A stretch of DNA of 40,364 bases from Candidatus Woesebacteria bacterium (GCA_027347685.1 DAIEQM010000033.1:1-40364), one strand, 5' to 3'; shown: positions 15,664-25,241, counted from the stretch's first letter. Translations and numbers: made by a program. Notes: a model not told the origin generated them from the sequence alone.

Positions 15664-16686
15664 ATGCACGAAGAAGTTAGCAGTCTCAGAAGCGAATTTA
15701 TCTCACGAGCGCTTTCAACACAAAATCACGATGAGCTTGAAGCGCTTCGTATTGAATTTTTGGGGAGAAATGGCCGATTTACTGCTCTGCTCAAATCGCT
15801 AAAAGATATTGAACCCGATAAACGGCGCCAGATGGGGGAACTCCTCAATCAAACAAAGAAAATTTTAGAAGAAACTCTCGCCACACAGGAAAAGGAAACA
15901 ACACAGAAAGAAGAGAAAAAGTTTGACGATACGATTCCCGGAATTCAGCCTCCCATTGGACATCTTCATTTAGTGACCCAAGCAATCGATGAAATTTCTC
16001 GAGTGTTTATGGATATTGGATTCGTGCGCCGAAGATACCCAGAGATTGAAACTGATTTTTATGCATTTGAAGGCCTTAACATGCCAAGCACCCACGCGGC
16101 ACGTGATGAATGGGAAACATTTTTCGTGGAACCAAACTTTCTCCTTACTCCACACACCAGCAATGGACAAGTTCGCGAAATGGAGCGGGGGGCGCTTCCC
16201 ATTCGTATGATTAATATAAGCAAAACCTACAGAAGGCAATCTGATATTTCACATGTACCGATGTTTCACCAATTTGAAGGACTTGTGGTCGATCAGAATA
16301 TTCATATAACACATCTCAAAGGAACGCTTGATTATTTTGCCAAAAATTTCTTTGGAGAATCTCGCAAGACGAGACTTCGGCCATACAACTTTCGATTTAC
16401 CGAGCCTTCATTTGAAATAGATATTACCTGTGGAGTTTGCAATGGAACTGGCAAGCTCCCTTCTGGAAACAGTTGCAAGCTGTGTAAAGCTGGCTGGCTC
16501 GAACTGGGAGGCGCGGGTATGGTTCACCCAAATGTCTTAAAAGCCGGCAAAATCGACCCTACAAAATATTCAGGCTTTGCCTTTGGGTGGGGAGTGGAAC
16601 GAACCTATATGATGAAATCAGGAATTCAAATTCCCGATATACGAATGCTGTATTCAACTGATCTCAGATTCTTGAGACAATTTTAA
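15664..16686 (+). CDS. pheS: phenylalanine--tRNA ligase alpha subunit
   Basis: MHEEVSSLRSEF...FRFTEPSFEIDI...GAGMVHPNVL...GWGVERT. ATG 15664 is preferred over track start 15640. Confidence 0.93.
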   Translation: MHEEVSSLRSEFISRALSTQNHDELEALRIEFLGRNGRFTALLKSLKDIEPDKRRQMGELLNQTKKILEETLATQEKETTQKEEKKFDDTIPGIQPPIGHLHLVTQAIDEISRVFMDIGFVRRRYPEIETDFYAFEGLNMPSTHAARDEWETFFVEPNFLLTPHTSNGQVREMERGALPIRMINISKTYRRQSDISHVPMFHQFEGLVVDQNIHITHLKGTLDYFAKNFFGESRKTRLRPYNFRFTEPSFEIDITCGVCNGTGKLPSGNSCKLCKAGWLELGGAGMVHPNVLKAGKIDPTKYSGFAFGWGVERTYMMKSGIQIPDIRMLYSTDLRFLRQF

Positions 16687-16704
16687 GAGAACATAAACAA
16701 AAAT

Positions 16705-18567
16705 ATGGATGTACTACTAACCGATTCACTGCTGAGAGAATTTTTAGACACAAAAGCAAATCCACAAAAACTTGCTGAATGTTTGTCTCTCTGCGGGCCT
16801 TCCATTGAGAAGATCACGAAAGAGGGACCAGAGACTGTGTACCACATCGAGGTAACAACAAATCGAGTAGACGCGGCAAGTGCGTACGGAATAGCTAAGG
16901 AGGCAGTCGCAATACTCCCTCAGTTTGGCTTGACCGCAAAACTCGTAAAGCCCGCACTTTCACCATCTGCATCAAAAAAAGAACTTGATATTGCAATCAC
17001 TATCGATCCGAAGCTTTGCGAGCGTTTTACGGCAGTAAAGCTTACCGATATCGAAGTTTCAGACTCGCCCCAATTTATAAAGAATAGACTTACCGCCATG
17101 GGACAACGCCCGCTCAATAATGTAATCGATATTACCAATTATGCTATGTTTGCTCTCGGAATTCCGATGCATGCCTTCGATTATGACAAGCTTGGCAAAA
17201 CAATTATTGTTCGTGAAGCCAAAAAGCATGAAAAGTTTGTAACGCTCGACGACAAATCCCATACAGCAGAGGGAGGGGAAGTTGTTTTTGACAACGGAGC
17301 CGGAGAAATTATTGACTTACCAGGGGTAATGGGCACCAAAAACAGTATGGTCACGAGCGCAACCAAAAGTATTCTTCTGGTTTTAGAACACATTGACCAT
17401 CACAAAGTGAGATCTGCTTCTCTAAAACATGAAGAACGCACAAATGCAGCAATATTAAACGAAAAAAATCCCGATCCCAATGAAATCGATAGTGCTTTGC
17501 AATTTGCACTATTTCTGTTTGAAAAATATGCAAAAGGTCACGTCGCGAGCAAAGTTTTTAATTGGTATCCGAAACCACGAACAGAGCACACGATACGGGT
17601 CAACAAAGACGAAATTGATACCATGCTGGGGGTTTCACTGTCTAAAAAAGATATTTCAAATATTCTTGAATCATTACAATTTAAAACAAAATGGAACGAA
17701 GCGGCAATCACCGTCGTGGTACCCACTTCTCGTGTGCAAGATGTCACTATCCCAGAAGACATTATCGAAGAAATTGCTCGTATTTATGGCTATTTCAGGC
17801 TTCCGAGTGTGATTCCGGAAGGATTTGTAAATGAAGCACGCAATAAGCAGTTTGATTTTGAAATGAAAATAAAACGACTCCTTGCGGGGTGGGGAGGCAA
17901 TGAGGTGTATACACTTTCTCTTGTATCAAAGGCAATGGCAGGAGAAAAGGCAATGAAGCTTAAAAACCCACTGGGAGGAGACGGTGAATATATGCGCACA
18001 GAGCTTACTGCTTCTCTTGTAGAAGCCACAAAAGTAAACAAACACGAGTCACTACCATTTCATTTGTTTGAAATATCAAACGTGTATATTCCCCAAAATA
18101 AAAAACTACCAATTGAGGAAACACAGCTTGCAGGGATATTTGTAAATACCGATTACCGACATGCAAAAGGGGTGATCGAGGCACTTTTTGAAGTATTGAA
18201 TATCAAAAAAATAGAACCAAAACTTATGAGGTTGGGGAAAAACTTCGTATATGAGTATCGTGTCGAAGATCTGCTCAGTGCCCATGCTGAGCATACAAAA
18301 TATAGAGCGATCCCGTTATTTCCTCCGCAAATCGAAGATTTCACACTGCTTACGAATGACACAAAAATAGGAGAGGTCATATCAGTCATCAAGAGCACTC
18401 ATGAGCACATTTCTGCAGTTCAATTTATTGGCAATTTCGAGAACAAGGCGAGTTTCAGAGTAACGTACCAAGATCCAAATAAAACATTAACAGATAGCGA
18501 GGTTTCAAAAATAAGAGCAGAAATATTGAAAAATCTTCAAAGCACATTGGACGTGGTAGAAGCTTAA
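16705..18567 (+). CDS. pheT: phenylalanine--tRNA ligase beta subunit, short form (620 aa)
   Basis: It contains the B3/4 domain (TTNRVDAASAYGIAKE), B5, a catalytic-like domain and a C-terminal FDX-ACB-like domain. The N-terminal OB-fold tRNA-binding domain of typical bacterial PheT is not visible. Confidence 0.9.
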   Translation: MDVLLTDSLLREFLDTKANPQKLAECLSLCGPSIEKITKEGPETVYHIEVTTNRVDAASAYGIAKEAVAILPQFGLTAKLVKPALSPSASKKELDIAITIDPKLCERFTAVKLTDIEVSDSPQFIKNRLTAMGQRPLNNVIDITNYAMFALGIPMHAFDYDKLGKTIIVREAKKHEKFVTLDDKSHTAEGGEVVFDNGAGEIIDLPGVMGTKNSMVTSATKSILLVLEHIDHHKVRSASLKHEERTNAAILNEKNPDPNEIDSALQFALFLFEKYAKGHVASKVFNWYPKPRTEHTIRVNKDEIDTMLGVSLSKKDISNILESLQFKTKWNEAAITVVVPTSRVQDVTIPEDIIEEIARIYGYFRLPSVIPEGFVNEARNKQFDFEMKIKRLLAGWGGNEVYTLSLVSKAMAGEKAMKLKNPLGGDGEYMRTELTASLVEATKVNKHESLPFHLFEISNVYIPQNKKLPIEETQLAGIFVNTDYRHAKGVIEALFEVLNIKKIEPKLMRLGKNFVYEYRVEDLLSAHAEHTKYRAIPLFPPQIEDFTLLTNDTKIGEVISVIKSTHEHISAVQFIGNFENKASFRVTYQDPNKTLTDSEVSKIRAEILKNLQSTLDVVEA

Positions 18568-18572
18568 TTTTC

Positions 18573-21143
18573 TTACGGCTGAGCGTCCCAATTCGTTTTT
18601 ACCCCAACAGTAATAATGCGTTCTGTTTCATTTCCTTTTGAGTCCTTGGCATACGCGCGAAGTTTGTGTACTCCCGTGTCAAGTGATGCATCATATTCAT
18701 AGGGGCCATTTTTATCAAACTGCTTCACGGTGACTCCATCGATTTCAAGGTGGGACTCTGAAATATTTTCTACTGAGTCGACATTAAATTTTACATGAAA
18801 GGTTTTTTCAAGATTACTGGTGCGGTCCCGTGGATCGACGAAATCAATATTCATCTGTGCATGTGAACCGCCGCTACAAAACTGCGTGGGCGGATTGTAG
18901 AGATTAGTTGTTCCGGATTGGGAAGCAATCCACGCGTTTATGCCGTCTTGCCAATGATTGATTCCATTTGCACCAAACGGATCGTTCTCCTTTAAAATAA
19001 CAAATTCTTTGGAGTCAAAATTGTTCGCCGCAACATCTGATGGAGTAGCAAGATTCCCTTCGTTTTTACAAAGTTTGAGCATAACATGAACGGTATCGTC
19101 CGAAGGTTCTGTGCCTTTTACAAAAAATTCTTGATGTGACGGAAATCCATCATGCTCTTTCATTCCCGAAATATTGTCTACATTCATTGCAATGAGATCA
19201 TCAGGCTGTTGAAAGTTTACAACCGGCTTTCCACTAAGCCCTGCTTTTAAAATTTTATTCCAAATAGGTGAGGCGCCACTTACCCCTGAAGCCACCTGCT
19301 TCATGGCAGAATTGTCATTGTTACCCACCCATACACCAACCGTCATCTGAGGAGTGCCACCAATGGTCCAGTTGTCACGTTTATCGTTGGTCGTTCCTGT
19401 TTTTACTGCAACTTGACGGCCTGGAATATTTAAAAGAGAGTTTAAACCGAAGGTGTCCTGGCGTGCTTTATTGTCAGACAAAATATTGGTAATTTGAAAA
19501 GCAAAATCAGGATTAAGAACAGAAGGGCCATGATCTGGTTTTGTTTCTTCCAAAACTTTTCCATCTTTGTCCTCAACTCGGAGTATTGCAATTGGGCTTA
19601 CTTTATATCCTCCGTTCATAAACGCGCCATACGCGCTCGTCAATTCCAACAATTTTACTTCACCACCACCGAGGGTGAGGGACAGACCAACGCGTTTCAA
19701 TGTTTCGTCTGTTGGGGGGAGACTGGTTATTCCCATATCCGTGGCCGTTTGCAATACGTCTTTTATTCCCACCAAGGCGAGCATTTTGACGGCAGGAACG
19801 TCGAGTGAGTTTCCTAAGGCATATCGTACTTGCACGGGTCCTCGATATTTTCCGTCATAACTTACTGGTGTGTAATCAGGTTGGCCAATGCCGCCTGGGA
19901 AAATCGTAGGAACATCGGCAAGAAGCGTGGCCGGTGTATATCCCTTTTTGAATGCCGTTACATAGGTAAACGGCTTAAATGATGACCCAGGTTGCCGCAG
20001 TGCTGTGGTCACATTTACCTGCCCGTCATAGTCGGTTGCCCCAAAGTTTTTAGATCCGACCATTGCCAAAATTTCACCAGTATTGGAATCAACGACAACT
20101 GCAGCACCATTGGTAATATGAACATTTTCAACTTTGGCAATTTCATCGGCAACAATTTGTTGAGCGGATTCTTGTAAATCAAGATCAAGTGAAGTGGCCA
20201 CTTTCAGACCACCCGTTTCTACCGTTTTCTCCCCATATCGATCGTTTAAAATGTTTTCTACATATTGCACAAAATGAGGCGCTTTAAAGTCAGCTCCTTT
20301 TGGCTGAAATTTTACGTTGGGAAGCTCGGCCACGGCTTGTGTCTCTTGATCTGCAGTAATTACCCCATCTTCTCTCATGCGCCGTAGTACTCCGGTCGTG
20401 CGTGCCACATATGCCGTGGGTGTACTTGAATATGGTGAATATCGAGAGGGAAGCTGTGGAAGCCCCGCAAGAATTGCACATTCAACCAAGTTTAAGTCTT
20501 TTACATTTTTACCAAAATACGTTTCTGCCGCCGATTCAACTCCATATGCAGTACCACCATACGGTACTTCATTTAAATAGAGAGACAGAATTTGGTCCTT
20601 TGAATAACGTCGTTCAATTTGAAGAGTCAAAACAAGTTCATTCACTTTCCGAATAACAGTTCTATCGTTATTCAAAAGAACATTCTTCACGAGCTGTTGG
20701 GTAAGAGTCGAAGCACCAATTAGGCGGCGATGTACGACAAGATCATAAAAAATACGAATGTACCCAAGCGGGTCAAATCCTGAATGCTGATAAAAATTCT
20801 TATCTTCAACTGACACTGTCGCTTTTTTTAAGTAATCGGGAATGTCACTGAGCGCAACTTGTGTTCTTCTTTTGTCAACAAAGATGTCGTAGAGTAATTT
20901 TCCATTGCGATCAACAATTTTAGTTGAAAAGCCGTCATGACGTACGATATTTTCAGGGGAAGGAAGTGTAAGAGCGAGAACTTGAAACCCTACAAAGCCA
21001 ACAATACTCAAAATTACGACAGCAATAAACCCAAACTTTGCAAAACGTGCAATTTTTTGAGCACGCGAAAGGCTTGGGTCGCCAACAAAGCTTCTTTTGG
21101 TTACTCGGATACGCCGTCTACTTCTTAAATTATCTTTCCACAT
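18573..21143 (-). CDS. class A penicillin-binding protein (glycosyltransferase plus transpeptidase) with a long C-terminal extension
   Basis: GT51 motifs VSVEDKNFYQHSGFD and GASTLTQQL. Transpeptidase motifs PGSSFKP and KTGTTND. I prefer start ATG 21143 (MWKDNLRSRRR... then a TM helix). TACAAT lies 11 nt upstream on the minus strand. Confidence 0.9.
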   Translation of the reverse strand: MWKDNLRSRRRIRVTKRSFVGDPSLSRAQKIARFAKFGFIAVVILSIVGFVGFQVLALTLPSPENIVRHDGFSTKIVDRNGKLLYDIFVDKRRTQVALSDIPDYLKKATVSVEDKNFYQHSGFDPLGYIRIFYDLVVHRRLIGASTLTQQLVKNVLLNNDRTVIRKVNELVLTLQIERRYSKDQILSLYLNEVPYGGTAYGVESAAETYFGKNVKDLNLVECAILAGLPQLPSRYSPYSSTPTAYVARTTGVLRRMREDGVITADQETQAVAELPNVKFQPKGADFKAPHFVQYVENILNDRYGEKTVETGGLKVATSLDLDLQESAQQIVADEIAKVENVHITNGAAVVVDSNTGEILAMVGSKNFGATDYDGQVNVTTALRQPGSSFKPFTYVTAFKKGYTPATLLADVPTIFPGGIGQPDYTPVSYDGKYRGPVQVRYALGNSLDVPAVKMLALVGIKDVLQTATDMGITSLPPTDETLKRVGLSLTLGGGEVKLLELTSAYGAFMNGGYKVSPIAILRVEDKDGKVLEETKPDHGPSVLNPDFAFQITNILSDNKARQDTFGLNSLLNIPGRQVAVKTGTTNDKRDNWTIGGTPQMTVGVWVGNNDNSAMKQVASGVSGASPIWNKILKAGLSGKPVVNFQQPDDLIAMNVDNISGMKEHDGFPSHQEFFVKGTEPSDDTVHVMLKLCKNEGNLATPSDVAANNFDSKEFVILKENDPFGANGINHWQDGINAWIASQSGTTNLYNPPTQFCSGGSHAQMNIDFVDPRDRTSNLEKTFHVKFNVDSVENISESHLEIDGVTVKQFDKNGPYEYDASLDTGVHKLRAYAKDSKGNETERIITVGVKTNWDAQP

Positions 21144-21185
21144 TAGGTCTGTACATTGTAGCAAATATATAATAAAATCGCCTAT

Positions 21186-21310
21186 GTCAGGGTTCTTGTT
21201 CACACCTTGCCCTGACGGTACTGATTTCACCTTGAACCGCATAGCGGTTCCCAGTAGTACAGAGGACGGTAATTGCAGCAACACATCGCAGCAAACCGTC
21301 CTTCTTTTTT
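21186..21310 (+). promoter_or_regulatory. structured region upstream of tyrS: three hairpins, the last terminator-like
   Basis: GTCAGGG/CCCTGAC at 21186-21216. GAACCGC-ATA-GCGGTTC at 21234-21250. GGACGGT..TTGC / GCAA-ACCGTCC at 21263-21300, followed by TTCTTTTTTT. Confidence 0.35.
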
Positions 21311-21312
21311 TG

Positions 21313-21327
21313 TGCTAAAATGCCACT
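21313..21327 (+). promoter_or_regulatory. extended -10 TGCTAAAAT 6 nt before the tyrS ATG
   Basis: tgtgctaaaatgccactATG. No SD. Confidence 0.45.
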
Positions 21328-22461
21328 ATGAATACACAGGAATTGCTTACTCGCGGAGTCGCGACCGTTCTTCCCACAAAAGATATGGTGGAGAAATTAT
21401 TGTCGTCTGACAAAAAACTAAACGTCTATTTAGGAATTGACCCAACAGCAACAAGAATTCATTTGGGGCATGCAGTGGCACTTCGAAAACTCCAGGCGTT
21501 TGTAGAACTTGGCCACAATGTAACCTTTCTGATCGGCGACTTTACCGCGCTCATTGGAGATACCTCTGACAAAGACACTGAGCGCCCCGTACTCACCTCA
21601 GAGGAAATCAAAACAAATTTTGAAACCTACAAAGAGCAAGCAAGTAAAATTTTAGACTTTAGTAAAGTGTCTGTCGTTCACAACAGTGAATGGCTCTCAA
21701 AGCTCACGTTTACCGATATTGTCAAATTGTGTCAAAACTTTTCAGTTGGAGATTTTGTAGGGCGGGAACTTATCAAAAAACGCCTTGCAGACGGCAAAAA
21801 AGTGGGTCTTCATGAAACACTATACCCCGTTATGCAAGGGTATGATAGTTATCACCTAGACACTGATATTCAAATTGGGGGGAGTGACCAAACATTTAAT
21901 ATGTTGGCGGGAAGGACCCTTCAAAAGAACCTTCGAAACAAAGAATCATTCGTGCTCTGTGTTGACTACTTACCAGGTACTGACGGACGTAAAATGAGTA
22001 AGTCGTGGGGGAACGCAATTTGGCTCACCGATGAGCCAAATGACATGTATGGCAAAGTAATGAGTCTCAAAGATGAACTCATTAAAACCTATTTTTCGCT
22101 TGCTACAGCTGTCGGATCTGAAGGAATCGACTTTTCAAATCCACTTCTTTCAAAAAAACAATTAGCCTTCCAAATTGTTTCTGAACTCTATGGCAATGAT
22201 GCAGCACATGAAGCACAAGAATATTTTGAGAAAACATTTCAAAAAGCCGAGCCCGAATTCAAAGAAGAGCTTTCACTCACCGGAGAAGGTACAGTACTCG
22301 ATGTATTGTCTGGTAAAGTAGGGAGTACATCAGAGTTGAAGCGACTTGTTCATGCCAACGCAGTTGAAGTAAATGGAGAAGTTGTAACCAATATAAAAAT
22401 GCAATTGAAATCGGGAGATAAAGTACAAGTAGGAAAGCGCGGATTCTACACAATTTCATAA
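21328..22461 (+). CDS. tyrS: tyrosine--tRNA ligase
   Basis: HIGH motif (RIHLGHAV), KMSKS motif (RKMSKSWGNAI) and a C-terminal S4-like domain. Confidence 0.95.
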   Translation: MNTQELLTRGVATVLPTKDMVEKLLSSDKKLNVYLGIDPTATRIHLGHAVALRKLQAFVELGHNVTFLIGDFTALIGDTSDKDTERPVLTSEEIKTNFETYKEQASKILDFSKVSVVHNSEWLSKLTFTDIVKLCQNFSVGDFVGRELIKKRLADGKKVGLHETLYPVMQGYDSYHLDTDIQIGGSDQTFNMLAGRTLQKNLRNKESFVLCVDYLPGTDGRKMSKSWGNAIWLTDEPNDMYGKVMSLKDELIKTYFSLATAVGSEGIDFSNPLLSKKQLAFQIVSELYGNDAAHEAQEYFEKTFQKAEPEFKEELSLTGEGTVLDVLSGKVGSTSELKRLVHANAVEVNGEVVTNIKMQLKSGDKVQVGKRGFYTIS

Positions 22462-22462
22462 T

Positions 22463-22585
22463 ATGGAAACAACTCCCACCACCAAAAAAAAGAAACGCAT
22501 GTTAGTAAAAATACTGGTTCTCTTGTCAGGATTGGCTCTCTTGTTCACCAGTTTTCTTCCCTTTTTGCCGTATCTTTTTAAGTAA
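22463..22585 (+). CDS. possible 40-aa single-pass membrane peptide
   Basis: Below the track cutoff. It reads METTPTTKKKKRMLVKILVLLSGLALLFTSFLPFLPYLFK. The ATG lies 1 nt after the tyrS stop. Confidence 0.35.
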   Translation: METTPTTKKKKRMLVKILVLLSGLALLFTSFLPFLPYLFK

Positions 22586-22597
22586 CAACAATAGCGC

Positions 22598-24604
22598 ATG
22601 AAGCTTACCGATCCGGTCACCTCACTCCCATTTGTTGGCGACGTGATGGGCAAAAACCTCAAAAAACTCGCAATTTACTCAATAAGTGATTTACTCCATC
22701 ATGTTCCGTCGCGCTACAGCGACTTTTCGAGAACTGCTTCTATCCAAGACTTAAGAATTGGCGACATGGTAACGGTTGAAGGGCAAATTATTTCCCTAAA
22801 AAATATTTACACAAAAACGGGAAAGGTGATGCAGGAAGGCGTCTTGAGTGATGGAGAAAACACCATTTATGTAATTTGGTTTAGGCAAGTGTATTTGGTC
22901 AAAACGCTGCCACCGGGAACAATGGTAGCTCTCACAGGAAAAGTTGGCTTTTGGGGAAAGAAGAAAGCTATTACCGCTCCAAGTTATGAAAAAATAGTTG
23001 AAAACAAAGAACTACTACACTCAGGGCGTATTGTTCCGGTATATCCAGAAACCGCCGGTATCACGTCTAAATGGCTCAGACGCCTTGTAAATGAGGCTAT
23101 TTCACGGCTTGAAGTAGAAGATTTTTTATCAAGTAAGTTCTTAAGCACCCATCAATTACTACCACTTGTCGATGGATTTAAGAAAGTTCACGCACCTCAG
23201 GACCTCGTTGAAACAGAAGTAGGAAGAACTCGCCTCGCATTCAATGAACTGTTAGGCCTTGAAATTGCCCAACGGCAAAGAAGAAGAGAGTGGCTTGCCA
23301 AAAGTGTAGCCATGAAGCTTTCAGTAACAAATGCCGATATTTTTGATTTTCTCGCAAAAATTCCGTTCACTCCCACAAGCTCACAATCAAGATCAATGGG
23401 GGAGCTTGCCCAAGAGCTTTCAAAAGAAATTCCCATGAATCGGCTTTTGGAAGGGGATGTGGGTTCGGGAAAAACACTTGTTGCCGCATTTGCGGCCTAC
23501 GTTGCGGCCAAAAACAATGTGGTAACGCTTATCATGGCTCCCACACAAATATTGGCCACTCAGCATGAAAAAGTTCTCAAAGAGCTTCTGGCTCCATTTG
23601 GAATACCCGTGAATTTGGTAACCGCAAGAGAAAAAACAAAAACACTCAAAGAACGAGGGGTGTATGTTGGTACACAAGCGCTTTTATTTAAGCTTATTTC
23701 CAAAGAAGTGGGCCTTGTCGTTATCGATGAGCAACATCGATTTGGGGTTGGGCAACGATCACGTCTTGCTGAACTGGGCACACAAGTACCACATATTCTT
23801 ACCATGACGGCAACTCCCATTCCGAGAACAATCGCGCTCACCTTATACGGTGACCTTTCCCTTTCCACACTTGATGAACTTCCCAAAGGGAGAATTCCAA
23901 TAAAAACATGGGTTGTTACTCCAAAGAAGAGGGACAGTGCATATGAATGGGTAAAGAAGGAAATAGAAGAACACGAAGCTCAAGTATTTGTGGTCTGTCC
24001 ACTTATTGATGAAAGTGAAAACGAAAAAATGAAAGAAGTAAAAAGCGCCACCGTTGAATACAATCGCTTGAAAAAACTGTTCCCGAAGAAAAAAATAGCC
24101 CTTCTTCACGGTAAAATGAAGTCTGCCGAAAAAGATGCAATTTTGGCCGACTTTAAAGACAAAAAATACGACATTTTGGTAAGTACTCCCGTTGTAGAAG
24201 TGGGAATTGATATCCCCAATGCAACGATCATGGTAATTGAGGCAGCCGATCGGTTTGGGCTTGCCGCACTTCACCAACTCCGTGGACGTGTGGGACGTGG
24301 ATCAAAACAATCCTATTGTTTACTGATGAGCGAGAATACTTCTGAGAAGGTACAAACAAGACTTACGGCAATGAGTAAAACGTTATCGGGTCGTGAACTT
24401 GCAGAACTTGATTTATCACTTCGCGGCCCAGGGGAAATATTTGGCACCAAACAATCGGGCCTTCCTGAGCTTAAAATTGCACGGTGGACTGATATTGATT
24501 TAATAAAAAAAGTAAAACAAAGTGCCGATGAAGTGATTAATACAAAAGAACTGTATGAGGCAGTAATGGAGTACTTCAAGGCAATTCAAAAAGCGGCAAA
24601 TTGA
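22598..24604 (+). CDS. recG: ATP-dependent DNA helicase RecG
   Basis: Wedge domain, then GDVGSGKT, DEQHRFG, TATPIPRT and QLRGRVGRG. Confidence 0.95.
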   Translation: MKLTDPVTSLPFVGDVMGKNLKKLAIYSISDLLHHVPSRYSDFSRTASIQDLRIGDMVTVEGQIISLKNIYTKTGKVMQEGVLSDGENTIYVIWFRQVYLVKTLPPGTMVALTGKVGFWGKKKAITAPSYEKIVENKELLHSGRIVPVYPETAGITSKWLRRLVNEAISRLEVEDFLSSKFLSTHQLLPLVDGFKKVHAPQDLVETEVGRTRLAFNELLGLEIAQRQRRREWLAKSVAMKLSVTNADIFDFLAKIPFTPTSSQSRSMGELAQELSKEIPMNRLLEGDVGSGKTLVAAFAAYVAAKNNVVTLIMAPTQILATQHEKVLKELLAPFGIPVNLVTAREKTKTLKERGVYVGTQALLFKLISKEVGLVVIDEQHRFGVGQRSRLAELGTQVPHILTMTATPIPRTIALTLYGDLSLSTLDELPKGRIPIKTWVVTPKKRDSAYEWVKKEIEEHEAQVFVVCPLIDESENEKMKEVKSATVEYNRLKKLFPKKKIALLHGKMKSAEKDAILADFKDKKYDILVSTPVVEVGIDIPNATIMVIEAADRFGLAALHQLRGRVGRGSKQSYCLLMSENTSEKVQTRLTAMSKTLSGRELAELDLSLRGPGEIFGTKQSGLPELKIARWTDIDLIKKVKQSADEVINTKELYEAVMEYFKAIQKAAN

Positions 24605-24660
24605 CCAGACGACTATAAGTCAGTATACTCCTGACAGTTGTTTACGAGGGGAGAATAAGT

Positions 24661-24957
24661 ATGAGTGAAGTTACCTCTTTCTTTTTGATGAGAGGACAGG
24701 ATGGGCATGCACTATCAATGGCAACCCTTGCACCAGAGATATCACATGCTTTCAAGGGAATGCAAATTGATTCGACAGGTAAAATGAATTTCTATTTTCA
24801 CTTTAACCCAGCGTCGTCAGTTGCGCTCCTTTCTCAAGTTGACGCACAAATCAAAGCTTTTTTCATTGAAGCAAAATTTGATGCAAAGCGTACCTGTTTT
24901 GAAATCATTAACGGGGGAACCGGGCCGTTTCAGGTTGCCTACACCATAAATTTCTAG
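24661..24957 (+). CDS. hypothetical 98-aa protein
   Basis: Track ORF with GGGGAG 8 nt upstream and its own terminator. Confidence 0.55.
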   Translation: MSEVTSFFLMRGQDGHALSMATLAPEISHAFKGMQIDSTGKMNFYFHFNPASSVALLSQVDAQIKAFFIEAKFDAKRTCFEIINGGTGPFQVAYTINF

Positions 24958-24978
24958 CAGGTCAATACTATATGTGGC

Positions 24979-25010
24979 AACTCCTCACCCTCAAAAGTGG
25001 GGAGTTATTT
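24979..25010 (+). terminator. intrinsic terminator
   Basis: AACTCCTCAC, 8-nt loop, GTGGGGAGTT, then ATTTAT. Confidence 0.6.
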
Positions 25011-25074
25011 ATGAAAAATAAAAAAACAGCTCAGTCTTTCATTTTGAGTTAAGTTAGGATATAATTAAGTTCGT

Positions 25075-25230
25075 ATGGCACCAACACCGAAGAAAAAACA
25101 CAGTCACAGTAGAACAAGGCAGCGCAGAGGCAAGCTCGCAGTAGCTCTTCCTTTGCTCACCACATGTAAGAATTGTGGTAAAAAGAAATTCCCACACAAA
25201 GCGTGCCCTCATTGTGGCAGCAAAAACTAA
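25075..25230 (+). CDS. rpmF: 50S ribosomal protein L32
   Basis: Below the track cutoff. It reads MAPTPKKKHSHSRTRQRRGKLAVALPLLTTCKNCGKKKFPHKACPHCGSKN. TATAAT lies at 25059-25064. Confidence 0.9.
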   Translation: MAPTPKKKHSHSRTRQRRGKLAVALPLLTTCKNCGKKKFPHKACPHCGSKN

Positions 25231-25241
25231 GTTTTTTTTAA

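Noticed and set aside
21144-21284. N-terminal extensions in the ORF track: PBP to 21284, pilT to 37176, FimT-like to 31656, pilin B to 32207, holB-like from 38772, rnc from 25558, rpmI from 14386, and 15293, 11511, 1384, 10503 and 29065.
   Set aside because: Each extension runs into the upstream gene or promoter, begins at a non-ATG codon or lacks any signal. The internal ATG restores the conserved N-terminus, for example the class III signal peptides, MPKIK of L35, and the TM anchor of the PBP.
21163-21327. T-box riboswitch upstream of tyrS, the classical T-box gene.
   Set aside because: The T-box-like core reads UUGAACCGC, so it lacks the UGG needed to pair with the tRNA CCA end. That segment is sequestered in a simple hairpin rather than a bulge. 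I kept it only as an unexplained structured region.
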